From assembly GCA_050633245.1 (NCBI GenBank), contig JBOEGD010000032.1:59405-123404 (forward strand): a DNA stretch of 64,000 bases, given 5' to 3'. Position 1 is the stretch's first letter. Each line of letters opens with the position of its first letter. Made by a program: the position numbers and the translations under genes. The notes under the pieces are model-generated. The model made no database searches. It saw nothing but the letters and a program-made list of their open reading frames with translations, and was not told the origin of the DNA. Source of the DNA: Calditrichia bacterium (lineage in GTDB: Bacteria; Calditrichota; Calditrichia; RBG-13-44-9; J075). Below, one piece after another: positions 1 through 10,299 of the stretch.

Positions 1-37
1 CTTTTAATTGATGAACGATGCTTGATGAATTAACCTG

Positions 38-132
38 AGAACACAGAACACAGAACACAGACGGTAGACTAAGGACGGCGGAGAATAAATAGCCTAATTG
101 CCTAATTGTCTTTTCACCTTTCACCTTTCACT
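38..132. repeat. Mixed short tandem repeats (AGAACAC x3, TTTCACC x~3, GCCTAATT x2)
   Basis: agaacacagaacacagaacacaga at 38-61; tttcacctttcacctttcac at 112-131. Confidence 0.8.
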
Positions 133-148
133 CTTTGAACCTGTTAAT

Positions 149-826
149 ATGAAAAATGCCCTCATCATGTTTATGAAAGCGCCTCGTCTTGGAACCGTAA
201 AAACCCGGATGCAGCCGCAGTTGACGCAGAAACAATCGCAGCAACTTTATATGGCAATGGGAAATGATCTCTTTGCGCAGCACAGTTCTTGTCCGGATTA
301 TGATCTACTCGTTTCTTTTTGGCCTCCTGACGGACTTCCGGATATGCAGCACTGGATGGGCTCGGATGCCTCGTATTTCCCACAACATAGCGGTGATCTT
401 GGCCTAAAGATGGAGCGGGCGTTCCAGGAAACACTGGCACGCGGTTATGAAAAAGTTTGCATTATTGGTAGCGACCTACCAACAATCGATTCTAAGCTTG
501 TCGATCGGGCCTTTGAAAAATTGTCTAATGCCGACGCCGTATTTGGGCCGACTGTTGATGGTGGCTATTATCTAATCGCGATGAAAGAAAGTAATCCACC
601 ATTATTTGCTGATGTTGTCTGGAGTACCGAAACAGTGCTGCCAAAAACTATGGAAAACGCCACATCTGCAAATCTTAAGGTTGAGCTGCTGGAGCAGCTG
701 CGCGATATCGATTCATTCGATGAAGTACAGGCATTATGGAATATGGTCAACTTTGCAAATAGCCCCGTTGCGAAGCAGATTCCTGCAACCACAAACGCTC
801 TTCGCACTATTTTTAGCGATAAATAA
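149..826 (+). CDS. DUF2064 / TIGR04282-family glycosyltransferase-like (GT-A fold) protein
   Basis: Motifs KAPRLGTVKTRM, GDLGLKM, IIGSDLP, GPTVDGGYYLI, LRDIDS typical of DUF2064; ATG at 149 chosen because the upstream extension runs through tandem repeats. Confidence 0.85.
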   Translation: MKNALIMFMKAPRLGTVKTRMQPQLTQKQSQQLYMAMGNDLFAQHSSCPDYDLLVSFWPPDGLPDMQHWMGSDASYFPQHSGDLGLKMERAFQETLARGYEKVCIIGSDLPTIDSKLVDRAFEKLSNADAVFGPTVDGGYYLIAMKESNPPLFADVVWSTETVLPKTMENATSANLKVELLEQLRDIDSFDEVQALWNMVNFANSPVAKQIPATTNALRTIFSDK

Positions 827-982
827 CGTTACCCTCGAAAAAAACTGACAGTTTGGTCGAACTTTTGCCCTTTTTTCTAATTTTTTAGAAACATTCCACT
901 TAATTTCCCGTCTGAACAAAGGCGACAAAAAGTCGCTTGGCTACGCATAAGCTGAAACATTGAAACATCTGGGGAATAACCT

Positions 983-2713
983 ATGCGTCTGAACATGGAA
1001 ACATATCGAACGAACGTGGCATTTATTTGCGTCTTGTTGCTAGGCTTGGTCGCTACAACATTGGCTCAAACGTTCACGGTTGAAATTAGCGATATTGAGC
1101 CGGACGAAATAGAATATGCCGGTTTTCGATTAGATCGCACAAGCGATGTAACTATAGATATCGTAAGTGGGCACTTGCGTGGAAAAAGCTCTTATCTGGC
1201 AACCGCGTGGATTCTAAATGCAGAGAATCGCGACGTTGTCTGGGAACTTACCGATTCAAATTCCAAATGGATGAGTCGAAAGCTACGCAACTATAAAGAT
1301 ACGGTCGAGTTGCCTGCCGGTAATTATGAAATATATTTCTCGGTTTTTCCGGGCTATTATTATAACAATAGCGGCTGGAGCGGTTTGAAGAACTGGATTA
1401 TGGGAAGCTCTGATCGCGACAATGATGATTCGTATGAAGAGTATTCTCTCAGTATTACCGGTAGCGGTTCAGCGCTTGAAAAACGATCGATTCGCGACAA
1501 GCGTGAATCGATTCAAAAAAAGGCCGTTGTTGCGATCTTTGCTTCGAGAGATGACTTGTTTAAGAAGCAGGGCTTTAAGATTAAGCAGGACACCGAGCTT
1601 ATGATCTATGCCTTGGGTGAAGCACGGGACGATGGTTCCTTCGACTATGGCTGGATTATCAATACAGATACACGTGAGCGTGTCTGGCAAATGGATTATC
1701 GCAATACCGATGAAGCTGGTGGTTCTAAAAAGAATCGTATGTATAAACGTACAATTGCTTTTCCCAAAGGTAACTACGCTCTCTATTTTGTAAGCGATGA
1801 CTCTCATTCCCCTCTCGAGTGGAATGCGTCGCCGCCTTATGATCCGGAATTTTGGGGTGTGTCGCTGTATGCCGATAATTCAAGTGCAAAGGCAGCAGTA
1901 GAGCTGTTTGACTATGAAGAAGCTGAGATGAAAAATCTCATTCTCGACTTTAGTCGTCTTGGTGATGATGAATTTCGTACCGAAGGTTTCACTCTGACGC
2001 GGGATATGGATGTTCGTATCTATGCGGTAGGTGAAGGACGGCATGGCGAAATGTTCGACTACGCATGGATAACGCGCGATAACACGCGAGAACGCGTATG
2101 GGAAATGGATTACGATGATACCGAGCATGCTGGTGGTGCCTCAAAGAACCGTTTGTTCGATGGCGTTGTTCGTCTGAAAAAGGGTAACTATGTGGCCAAC
2201 TTTGTAACGGATGATTCTCACTCCTATCGCGATTGGAACTCGGCGCGGCCTTTTGACCCCGAGCGCTGGGGAATGACGATTATGAGCGTTGAGAAGGGCT
2301 TTAACAGCAAGAAAGATGTGAAGACGTATGATGAAGATGCCGGTAAGGATATTCTGGCCCGTCTTGCTCGCGTCGGTGACGATAAAAAGCTGCGAAAATC
2401 ATTTACCGTATCTAAAGATGCCAGCGTGCGTGTTTACGCTATAGGTGAAGGGCGCGGTGGTGATATGTATGACTTCGCATGGATCGAAGATAAGAATGGG
2501 CGCGTTGTCTGGGAAATGACCTATCGCATGACGTCTCATGCTGGTGGATCGAAGAAGAACCGGGTGTTTGATGGCAATGTCTATTTGAAGTCCGGCGACT
2601 ATACCGTCGTATTCGAATCAGACGATTCGCATTCGTTTAAAAGTTGGAATGCTGCTGCTCCGCACGATCCGCGAGATTGGGGAGTAACGGTCTATAAAGT
2701 GAGTGGTCAATAG
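983..2713 (+). CDS. Secreted protein with four tandem ~135-aa beta-rich domains, unknown function
   Basis: Signal-peptide-like N-terminus (FICVLLLGLVATTLA-Q); repeated IYAxGE...DYxWI...VWxMxY...AGGxxKNR...L/FxxGxY...DDSHS...W...P.DP..WG, three well conserved copies plus one divergent. Confidence 0.8.
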   Translation: MRLNMETYRTNVAFICVLLLGLVATTLAQTFTVEISDIEPDEIEYAGFRLDRTSDVTIDIVSGHLRGKSSYLATAWILNAENRDVVWELTDSNSKWMSRKLRNYKDTVELPAGNYEIYFSVFPGYYYNNSGWSGLKNWIMGSSDRDNDDSYEEYSLSITGSGSALEKRSIRDKRESIQKKAVVAIFASRDDLFKKQGFKIKQDTELMIYALGEARDDGSFDYGWIINTDTRERVWQMDYRNTDEAGGSKKNRMYKRTIAFPKGNYALYFVSDDSHSPLEWNASPPYDPEFWGVSLYADNSSAKAAVELFDYEEAEMKNLILDFSRLGDDEFRTEGFTLTRDMDVRIYAVGEGRHGEMFDYAWITRDNTRERVWEMDYDDTEHAGGASKNRLFDGVVRLKKGNYVANFVTDDSHSYRDWNSARPFDPERWGMTIMSVEKGFNSKKDVKTYDEDAGKDILARLARVGDDKKLRKSFTVSKDASVRVYAIGEGRGGDMYDFAWIEDKNGRVVWEMTYRMTSHAGGSKKNRVFDGNVYLKSGDYTVVFESDDSHSFKSWNAAAPHDPRDWGVTVYKVSGQ

Positions 2714-2731
2714 AATTCACGCAATAAGTTT

Positions 2732-2769
2732 ACAAGGGCTCCGATAGCATTTGCTGTCGGAGCCCTTGT
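2732..2769 (+). terminator. Stem-loop, probable terminator
   Basis: acaagggctccgatagca / gctgtcggagcccttgt inverted repeat just after the stop at 2713. Confidence 0.7.
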
Positions 2770-2864
2770 CGTTTAGGCTTAGAATACTTCGATAGTTGCA
2801 ACGCCTGTTAAAACGTCCTATATTTCCGGCCAATTTTATTTTGGGAAGCAATAGAAGGTTTATC

Positions 2865-4271
2865 ATGTCTGTAGATCATACACGTTCCTGGCGACATCAA
2901 ATTCCGCCGACTGTTGAAAAACGCCTCCAACGTCCGGAACTTCTGGATCGGCTGAAGGAGGGAGTTGCTCTTCCGGTAACCATTCTTTCTGCGCCGGCAG
3001 GCTATGGAAAAACAACGTTGCTTAGTCAATGGGCGGCCGATGCACCGAAAAAGATCGGCTGGTTAACCCTCGACCGTTTTGACAACGACCCGGCAGTTTT
3101 TCTTGAACATTTTGTTCATACCATGCAGCAGATTCAGCCATCCATCGGTAATGCTGTGTTCAAAATGCTTCAGGCTGAAAAAAAGCCCAAAATGGAAGAT
3201 GTCTTGAAACGCATGTTGGATGATGTTGCATTGGTTATGTCCGATTTTGTAATTGTTCTCGATGACTATCACGTTATCTACAGCCCGCCAATTCATGCGA
3301 TGATGACCTTTATTCTTACTTATCTGCCGCCGCAGATGCACGTTGTAGTTGCCGCGCAAACCGATCCGCCGTTTGGCGATCTTGCTCGTCACCGTTCCTA
3401 CGAGCGTCTGATGGAAATTCGCACGCCTTATTTTGGTTTCTCTGTGGATGAATGCGAAAAGTTATTAAAGCAGCAATTTCAAATAATGCTCCCCTACGGG
3501 CCGATCTCAGCTATTGTGGAGACGGCAACGTCCCGTCCGATAGCGATAAACTATGTGGCACTCCTCTTGGAAGGAGACGACAAGCCAGTAACATTTGTCG
3601 ATCAATATGAGAAATCTGATGGTGACTCGTTGGTGATGCCATTCGATGCTCTGCTGGAAAAAGTGGATGCTGAGCTACAGGATTTTCTGCGAGATATTTC
3701 AATACTCGATGTGTTTAATGCCGATGTTGCCGCTGCTGTATCGGGTTGTTCTGATGCAGCTGAAAAGCTGGTAATGCTTGCGGGAAAAGGCCATGTTGTT
3801 GAATACGTTGATAGCGATAAAAAGTGGTTCCGATTGCACTCATTGGCAAGGGAGCAATTAAACCTGCGTTTGCATCGCACAGGGCTTGAACACCTTGCTG
3901 AAATTCATGCTCGCGCCGGAAAGGTCTTTGCTGTTTTGGAAATGCCGTTTCCCGCATTCTTTCACTTTTCCGAAGCGGGTGAATTTGATTTCGCCGCGGT
4001 GTTGGTTGAACAATACAGCGCATCCTGGTTACAAAAAGGACGCATGTTGAGCATCTTGAATTGGCTGAAAGTTATTCCGGAAACAACGTTGGAAAAACGA
4101 CCACAACTTGCTATTACGTCGGCATGGGTTGCTCTGGTTGGCGGGGATGTCGAAAAAGTAGCTAAGTATTTAGAACTGGCAGACGCTGCAAAGGGGGAAG
4201 GCGAAGCGGCTTCAAAGATTGCCGAAAATATTGATGCGATACAGCATTTTATATCGCAGCGTCAACAATAA
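2865..4271 (+). CDS. MalT-family (STAND) ATPase with TPR-like region, lacking C-terminal LuxR HTH
   Basis: RPELLDRL, Walker A APAGYGKTT, WLTLD..DND, Walker B VLDDYH, FRLHSL; protein ends at about 470 aa with no HTH. Confidence 0.8.
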   Translation: MSVDHTRSWRHQIPPTVEKRLQRPELLDRLKEGVALPVTILSAPAGYGKTTLLSQWAADAPKKIGWLTLDRFDNDPAVFLEHFVHTMQQIQPSIGNAVFKMLQAEKKPKMEDVLKRMLDDVALVMSDFVIVLDDYHVIYSPPIHAMMTFILTYLPPQMHVVVAAQTDPPFGDLARHRSYERLMEIRTPYFGFSVDECEKLLKQQFQIMLPYGPISAIVETATSRPIAINYVALLLEGDDKPVTFVDQYEKSDGDSLVMPFDALLEKVDAELQDFLRDISILDVFNADVAAAVSGCSDAAEKLVMLAGKGHVVEYVDSDKKWFRLHSLAREQLNLRLHRTGLEHLAEIHARAGKVFAVLEMPFPAFFHFSEAGEFDFAAVLVEQYSASWLQKGRMLSILNWLKVIPETTLEKRPQLAITSAWVALVGGDVEKVAKYLELADAAKGEGEAASKIAENIDAIQHFISQRQQ

Positions 4272-4273
4272 CG

Positions 4274-7192
4274 TTACTCTCGCGTTGCACCGATTACGCG
4301 ATGCAGAGTTTCCAGCAGGCGTTCCGCAGTATATGGTTTTTGCAGAAACCCATCGACACTGCGTCCCAATAGCTCCGAAATCTTACTGTCTTCCATATAA
4401 CCACTTGATGCGATTATCTTTACGTGCGGATTGATTTTTCGAAGTGCACGAATGGTTGCGGCCCCATCCATTACCGGCATCATCATATCTGTAATAACAA
4501 TCGGTATTGCTTCCTGATGTTGCGCATAGAGCGCCACGGCCTCGGCGCCATCGTGTGCTAGCATTACGGAATAGCCATAGGTCTCAAGAGTCTCACGGGT
4601 GATTTCCAGGATTGATGTTTCGTCATCGACAACCAGAATGACTTCGCCCTTACCGGCTCGCATACCTCCTTCTTCTTCGATGATCTCTTCAGCTTCGAAA
4701 TCGACCAGTGCTGGTAAGTACACGTCAAACGTTGTTCCTTCTCCGGAACTGCTGTTAACGTTTACAAACCCTCCATGGCTGCCCACTATTGCCGATACGG
4801 TTGAGAGACCGAGTCCTGTTCCCTTGTCCATTGTCTTCGTTGTGAAGAATGGGTCAAAAATTTTATTGATAATATCCGCTGGGATTCCAGTGCCGCTATC
4901 CTTCACGCGAATGGTAACGTACGGACCTGGACGTGCATCAAGATGCACGCGGTTGGCCTCGGTAGTCAATTCCTGGTTTTCTGCGATTAGCTGGAGTTCT
5001 CCGCCCTCCGGCATTGCATCGCGTGCATTTACACATAAATTTAGCAAAACCTGATGGAGTTGCGTAGCATCGCCGGAAACGCTCCAAAGTGAACGTGGGA
5101 TACTACTTTCGAGTGCGACAGAGCGTGGGAATGTCTCTTCAATGATTTGCCGAATCTCATCCAGTATTTGCGTCATTTGCAGTGGAATGCGCTCACCTTC
5201 GACGCCACGAGCAAACGTCAGAATCTGCTTAATCATATCAGCACCGCGTTTTACATTGGCTTCGATGGTGTCCAGAATTCGCTGGCTTTTATTGTCATCA
5301 AAACGCACCTGTAGAATTTGTACGGCGGTTAAGATTGGTGCAAGTACGTTATTCAGATCGTGTGCAATACCGCCGGCCAGCGCGCCGATACTTTCCATGC
5401 GTTGAGCTCGTAGAAATTGAGATTCGATGCGACGTTTTTCGGTAATATCAGTATTGACAACCAGAATCGACTTAGCGCTGCCGTCATTTCCGCTCACCAG
5501 CGTCCAGCGGCTTTTGACGATTATTTCTTTGCCCTCTTTGGTCATCTGCGAGAGCTCACCCTGCCACTCTTCATGTTCCAAAACCGATCTTCTGCTGGAG
5601 ATAAACTGCTCTGAGTGATTCATAAAAAGAAGTTCGAAGGCATTCGTGCCAATTACTTCTTCCATTTTCCAGCCGTATAGCCTTTCAGCACTTTTGTTCC
5701 AATAGATAATATGATCATTCAGGTCGCATACCATAATGGCGTCCTGCGCTTTGTCCAAAAGCGCAGCCTGTTCACGAATTTGTGCAGCGGCCCGCTGTCT
5801 CGCTGAAATGTCGCGTGCGATAGCCATAATTGTTGGTTTATTCTTAAAATCGAAAAGGTGCGCACTCACTTCAACTGGAATCTGGTTTCCCGAACGAGTA
5901 AAGAATGTATCTTCATAGAGCAGGTAACGCTCTTCCTGAATCTCTGATAAACGTGACAAAAATGTTGATTCGTCTACCTGTAGAGCAATTTTACGATAGT
6001 CTGCCTTCAACAGTTCTTCTCTGCTAAAGCCCAGTTTGCGGCAGGCAACATCATTTACCTCAATGAACGGTGTCAGGTCGCCATCCGTACGCTGACGATA
6101 GACGAGCACGACATCATTCCCACTGTTAAACAGAATGCGGTATTTTTCTTCGCTTTCCAGCAGCTGTTCTTCGGCGCGTTTACGTACTTCAATTTGCTCT
6201 TTTAAAATACGGTTTGCCTGTGAAAGCTCGGCAGTGCGCTCCTCAACGCGATGCTCCAGACCATCTTTTGCCCGCTGCAGCGCAATTTCGGACGTCTGCA
6301 AATCTGCCGTGCGAGCCAGGACGCGTTTCTCCAGTTCATCCCGTGCATTTTTAAGCTGTGTTTCAACAGCTTTTCGCTCACTGATATCTGAGATAATACC
6401 AAACGATCCACAAACCTTACCATCTGAATTAGTAACGGGCACTCCGCTAATGGATACCCAAATTAGCGATCCGCTTTTTTGCACCATTTGAATTTCGTAC
6501 TGATCGGATACTCTTTTGGTGCGCAGCTTGTTTTTATTGCGAATAACCTTCTGCTCGCGCCGATTAAACAAAACAGTGTAACCGACCTTGCCAATGAGTT
6601 CGTCTTCGCTATAGCCAAGCATTTCGCAAATCCGTGGGTTAACGAAGCGAACGACATCATCATTATCTACGATCATTAAGCCTTCCTGCATATTTTCAAT
6701 CAGCGTACCGTATTCGCGGAGAGTTTGCTCCGTCTGCATGCGTACACTTAAGTCTTCTATGAAGAGCAGGATACTGGTATTACCTTCATAATCAATGGGC
6801 CAGGCTGTGGTTTGTAGCGGTAATTTTTCGCCACTGGAGCTTACCGCATACAATCTTGCTGTGCTCGCACTTTGCTTTTTAAATGCTTCCTGACATAGGC
6901 TTCTGAAAAGACGAAGTTGCTTTGGGAAAACAAAAGTAGTTTTCTGTTGAATGATTTCCTGCTTGGCATAACCCAGAAGATCAGTAGTTTTTTTGTTGAC
7001 GTCGAGAATTTTACTGTTATCGGGATTGATAATCAGGACGGCTTCACGACATAAATCGAATAGAGTTTGAAAGCGCGCGTTGCTACGAAGAAGTTCTTCC
7101 TGAAGTATTTCCGGATGATTGTGAGAGGAGGCTTCGTTTTGAGCCGGAACAGATGCAATAATACGCTGAAGTGGAGACTTGAATGTTTTCAT
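4274..7192 (-). CDS. Cytoplasmic multi-PAS hybrid sensor histidine kinase / response regulator
   Basis: Four PAS-like segments, H-box [39 protein letters not shown]-terminal REC (VVDDE, TDMMMP, KP). Confidence 0.95.
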   Translation of the reverse strand: MKTFKSPLQRIIASVPAQNEASSHNHPEILQEELLRSNARFQTLFDLCREAVLIINPDNSKILDVNKKTTDLLGYAKQEIIQQKTTFVFPKQLRLFRSLCQEAFKKQSASTARLYAVSSSGEKLPLQTTAWPIDYEGNTSILLFIEDLSVRMQTEQTLREYGTLIENMQEGLMIVDNDDVVRFVNPRICEMLGYSEDELIGKVGYTVLFNRREQKVIRNKNKLRTKRVSDQYEIQMVQKSGSLIWVSISGVPVTNSDGKVCGSFGIISDISERKAVETQLKNARDELEKRVLARTADLQTSEIALQRAKDGLEHRVEERTAELSQANRILKEQIEVRKRAEEQLLESEEKYRILFNSGNDVVLVYRQRTDGDLTPFIEVNDVACRKLGFSREELLKADYRKIALQVDESTFLSRLSEIQEERYLLYEDTFFTRSGNQIPVEVSAHLFDFKNKPTIMAIARDISARQRAAAQIREQAALLDKAQDAIMVCDLNDHIIYWNKSAERLYGWKMEEVIGTNAFELLFMNHSEQFISSRRSVLEHEEWQGELSQMTKEGKEIIVKSRWTLVSGNDGSAKSILVVNTDITEKRRIESQFLRAQRMESIGALAGGIAHDLNNVLAPILTAVQILQVRFDDNKSQRILDTIEANVKRGADMIKQILTFARGVEGERIPLQMTQILDEIRQIIEETFPRSVALESSIPRSLWSVSGDATQLHQVLLNLCVNARDAMPEGGELQLIAENQELTTEANRVHLDARPGPYVTIRVKDSGTGIPADIINKIFDPFFTTKTMDKGTGLGLSTVSAIVGSHGGFVNVNSSSGEGTTFDVYLPALVDFEAEEIIEEEGGMRAGKGEVILVVDDETSILEITRETLETYGYSVMLAHDGAEAVALYAQHQEAIPIVITDMMMPVMDGAATIRALRKINPHVKIIASSGYMEDSKISELLGRSVDGFLQKPYTAERLLETLHRVIGATRE

Positions 7193-7340
7193 AGCGGTGA
7201 ACCGTCTTTACCGAAGATCAATAATAAAGATCATTTTCTAAAATATAGCAGTGTTGAGAAGAAAGATTGTGAGGAAAACGACGATATGCGAAATAGTTCG
7301 CATATCGTCAAGATTGTGCTGTTTTATGAAATAGCGGAGT

Positions 7341-9383
7341 TTACTCCACCGTCGCAAGATTTCGATCGAGAACCTGCCGGATCTGCTCAACTACTTTTTT
7401 CGGTGAATAGGGCTTTTGTATAAAGTCATTTATACCGGCCATCTCCATGCGTGTCTTAAGCTCCGGATCGAAGTATCCGCTGGCAAATACTGCTTTTACT
7501 CCCGGCTCAATAGCCTGCATTTCCGTAAAGGCTTCAAATCCACTTTTCTCTGGTAGTCCCGAATCAGCAAAAACAAGATCGATGGATTCACGTTGCTCCT
7601 CAAAAACACGAACGGCTTCTTCACCGTCTCTGGCGACAAGAATATTATATCCGTTTCGTTCAAAAATTGTTGATAACAGATTCACCAGCATATGTTCATC
7701 TTCTACAATAAGAATGGTTTCCGTGCCTGTCGTTGGAGCCAGTGCTTGTCGTTTCTCTTGTTTGTCTACGGAAGATGTGGCCACTGGTAAATAGATGTGG
7801 AAGCTGGTTCCGTGGCCCAACTCGCTTTCCAATTGGATAAAGCCGGCATGATTGCGAATAATGCCGTAAACCATAGCTAATCCTAACCCGGTTCCTTTAC
7901 CGTGCTCTTTCGTTGTAAAAAACGGCTCGAATATCCGCTGCTTTGTTTCCGCATCCATACCGGTTCCATTATCAGAAACAGTAATGTGAGCATGTGAGCA
8001 CTTTTGAGCTTCCGGATTCAGCTTTATCATCTCATCAGCGGAAATGGTTGTCGTGTGAATCTTTATAATGCCCCCACCGGGCATCGCATCTCTTGCATTG
8101 ACGCATAGATTTAGAAAAATTTGATGAAGCTGATTTTGGTCACCCCAAATTGGAGGAAGCTTTTCAGCAAGCTCGAGGTTGAATAATATGGTTTTGGGCA
8201 GTGTCCCCCCAAGCATCAGAGTTAAATCGCGAACTGTTTGATTCACTTTAATAGGCTTGAACTTGGCGTCCGACTTTCGTGCAAAGGTGAGAATTTGTTC
8301 AACCAGGCTTGCTCCTCTTCCAACTGCTTGATGAATTGCGCTGATACTTTCATCCAGTTGGCTGGACAAAGGTTTATTTTGTCTTATTAGAGACACGTGG
8401 CCTAAGATAATTCCCAGAATGTTGTTGAAGTCGTGGGCGATGCCACCGGCCAGCGTTCCAATACTTTGCATTTTTTGAACCTGAAGAAGCTGTTCTTTAA
8501 GTTTTGTCGGTTCAGTATTATCAAAAATATAACCGCGAATTTCAACAAGCTGTCCGTTTTTATCGAGGATGCCACTGACATTTTGAATGATATAAACAAT
8601 ACTGCCGTCAACTTTCTTAAGCTTACGCTGGTCGTATTCCAACTTGCTGTCTCTGGTTACAGCTTGTAAAAAACTTTCGTAGTCCTTACGCGAATTATAG
8701 AGTGACTGTAGCCTTTTGTGCGCCACATCGGTAGGATTGCTAAAGCCAAAGATCGATGCAAATGCCGGGTTACATGATAATATCTCGCCATCGGGATTGG
8801 CAACAAAATCTCCGGTCAGATCTTCCAAAAAGAAGCGTCGATAGTTTTCTTCGCTCTTTTTGAGCGCTGCTTCTGCTTTGCGCTGTTCAGTTACATCTCT
8901 GGCGATACCTTCGATCCGTTTTGTGCCCGTTTCACCCTCAATTAAAATGCTGCGATATTGAAAGATACGTGGATTTCCATTTTTGCTAAGAAGCGACAGA
9001 TAGCCGTTTGCCTGACGATTCTCAGTAATGTTATCGAGATAGGTTTGCAGCAGCAACTTATCAGCGGGCGTATTCGGAATGAGTTCAAATAACGATTTAT
9101 CAATGAGCTCACGCACGGAATAACCGAGTTCGCGGGTTGCAGCAGCATTCATTTGCTGAATAATGCCCTCATCAGAGTGCGAGAAAACGATATCTGAAAT
9201 GTTATTAAACAGTTCGCTATACTTGCGCTCACCATCAATGAATATCTGTTCTTTTTCTATAGCGTCATTGATGTGGCGTTTTCTGTAAAGCGAAAGAGCA
9301 ATTACAATTGCCCAGGCTAAAATGATGAGTGTGATACTCGCAAATAAAGTGAATTGCAGAATATCTATTGATGTGATGGACAA
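7341..9383 (-). CDS. Membrane-anchored PAS hybrid histidine kinase (one N-terminal TM, 2 PAS, HisKA, HATPase, REC)
   Basis: N-terminal hydrophobic helix, [42 protein letters not shown]. Confidence 0.93.
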   Translation of the reverse strand: MSITSIDILQFTLFASITLIILAWAIVIALSLYRKRHINDAIEKEQIFIDGERKYSELFNNISDIVFSHSDEGIIQQMNAAATRELGYSVRELIDKSLFELIPNTPADKLLLQTYLDNITENRQANGYLSLLSKNGNPRIFQYRSILIEGETGTKRIEGIARDVTEQRKAEAALKKSEENYRRFFLEDLTGDFVANPDGEILSCNPAFASIFGFSNPTDVAHKRLQSLYNSRKDYESFLQAVTRDSKLEYDQRKLKKVDGSIVYIIQNVSGILDKNGQLVEIRGYIFDNTEPTKLKEQLLQVQKMQSIGTLAGGIAHDFNNILGIILGHVSLIRQNKPLSSQLDESISAIHQAVGRGASLVEQILTFARKSDAKFKPIKVNQTVRDLTLMLGGTLPKTILFNLELAEKLPPIWGDQNQLHQIFLNLCVNARDAMPGGGIIKIHTTTISADEMIKLNPEAQKCSHAHITVSDNGTGMDAETKQRIFEPFFTTKEHGKGTGLGLAMVYGIIRNHAGFIQLESELGHGTSFHIYLPVATSSVDKQEKRQALAPTTGTETILIVEDEHMLVNLLSTIFERNGYNILVARDGEEAVRVFEEQRESIDLVFADSGLPEKSGFEAFTEMQAIEPGVKAVFASGYFDPELKTRMEMAGINDFIQKPYSPKKVVEQIRQVLDRNLATVE

Positions 9384-10003
9384 AACAGCCCTCCGGCATA
9401 GAGCATGTTAGCAATTGTTGTTACCCCCCACGATACAGACCAGACGACAAGAACACTGGCAGGAGATAGGTGGATAATTTGGTTACTGAAGCAAAAGATT
9501 GGAATTGTTCCAATAAAATAGGTTAGCACACCTGCTGAGATCCAAAACCTGCTGTCTGTATATTGAGATGTATAATTGTCCATGTAAAGTTTGACAAGTG
9601 TATGGACGGCTACTCCAACCAGAATAACGCGTGAGATAGACGAGGTAACGGAGTCGAATTTACTGAGAGTTCCCAGGTAGAATGTGGCAAAAACACAAAT
9701 GAGGCTAAAGATGATTGCCGTTGTAAGCATTATACTCTGAACCTTTTTATCTTCCTGCCAAAAGGCAAAGGCACTCATAAACAACGCAAACTCGATAGGC
9801 GTATAGATATGGTGTAGCCATAGATTTTGGGTTCCGCTCATAGCAAGATAAACACCAACGAAATCGACGATGGCGTGTAAAATGAACAGGCAGATCAAAA
9901 TTTTCATCGGTATCGAGGCTTTACGAAAGAAATAAAGCCCGATCAATGATAGCAGTACGTCAGTGATCAACTGCAAAAAGAATAAGATTGGTAGATCGTT
10001 CAT
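9365..10003 (-). CDS. 7-TM integral membrane protein, putative receptor partner of the adjacent kinase
   Basis: Seven hydrophobic helices; motifs NLWLHHIYTPIEF and FWISAGVLTYF; overlaps the kinase start by 19 nt. Confidence 0.8.
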   Translation of the reverse strand: MNDLPILFFLQLITDVLLSLIGLYFFRKASIPMKILICLFILHAIVDFVGVYLAMSGTQNLWLHHIYTPIEFALFMSAFAFWQEDKKVQSIMLTTAIIFSLICVFATFYLGTLSKFDSVTSSISRVILVGVAVHTLVKLYMDNYTSQYTDSRFWISAGVLTYFIGTIPIFCFSNQIIHLSPASVLVVWSVSWGVTTIANMLYAGGLFCPSHQ

Positions 10004-10217
10004 AATTGATCCAGAGTCCTTTCATCAAAGAAAATGGATTTAGATGACACGCAACATGTATAATATGCGTTAACTATACAAAAGGCATGTGACCCAATAG
10101 CAGGATTTGTCTTTGTGATTTTTTCAAGGTAACAAGGGCGCAAGACACTATCCTCCATGATTATGTCTTCAGTGGTTTTTTGATAATCGGCAGGAATGAA
10201 GAAAAAGTTTAGGGTAC

Positions 10218-10258
10218 AAAAAAACAGGGACTTTCACATTGACAATGGAAAGTCCCTG
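10218..10258 (-). terminator. Rho-independent terminator of the 10300-10743 gene
   Basis: cagggactttc...gaaagtccctg stem preceded by an A7 run on + (U-tract on -). Confidence 0.8.
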
Positions 10259-10299
10259 ATGGTACTAATAATCTTCCGGGCAGGAGAGGGTTTAGCGAA

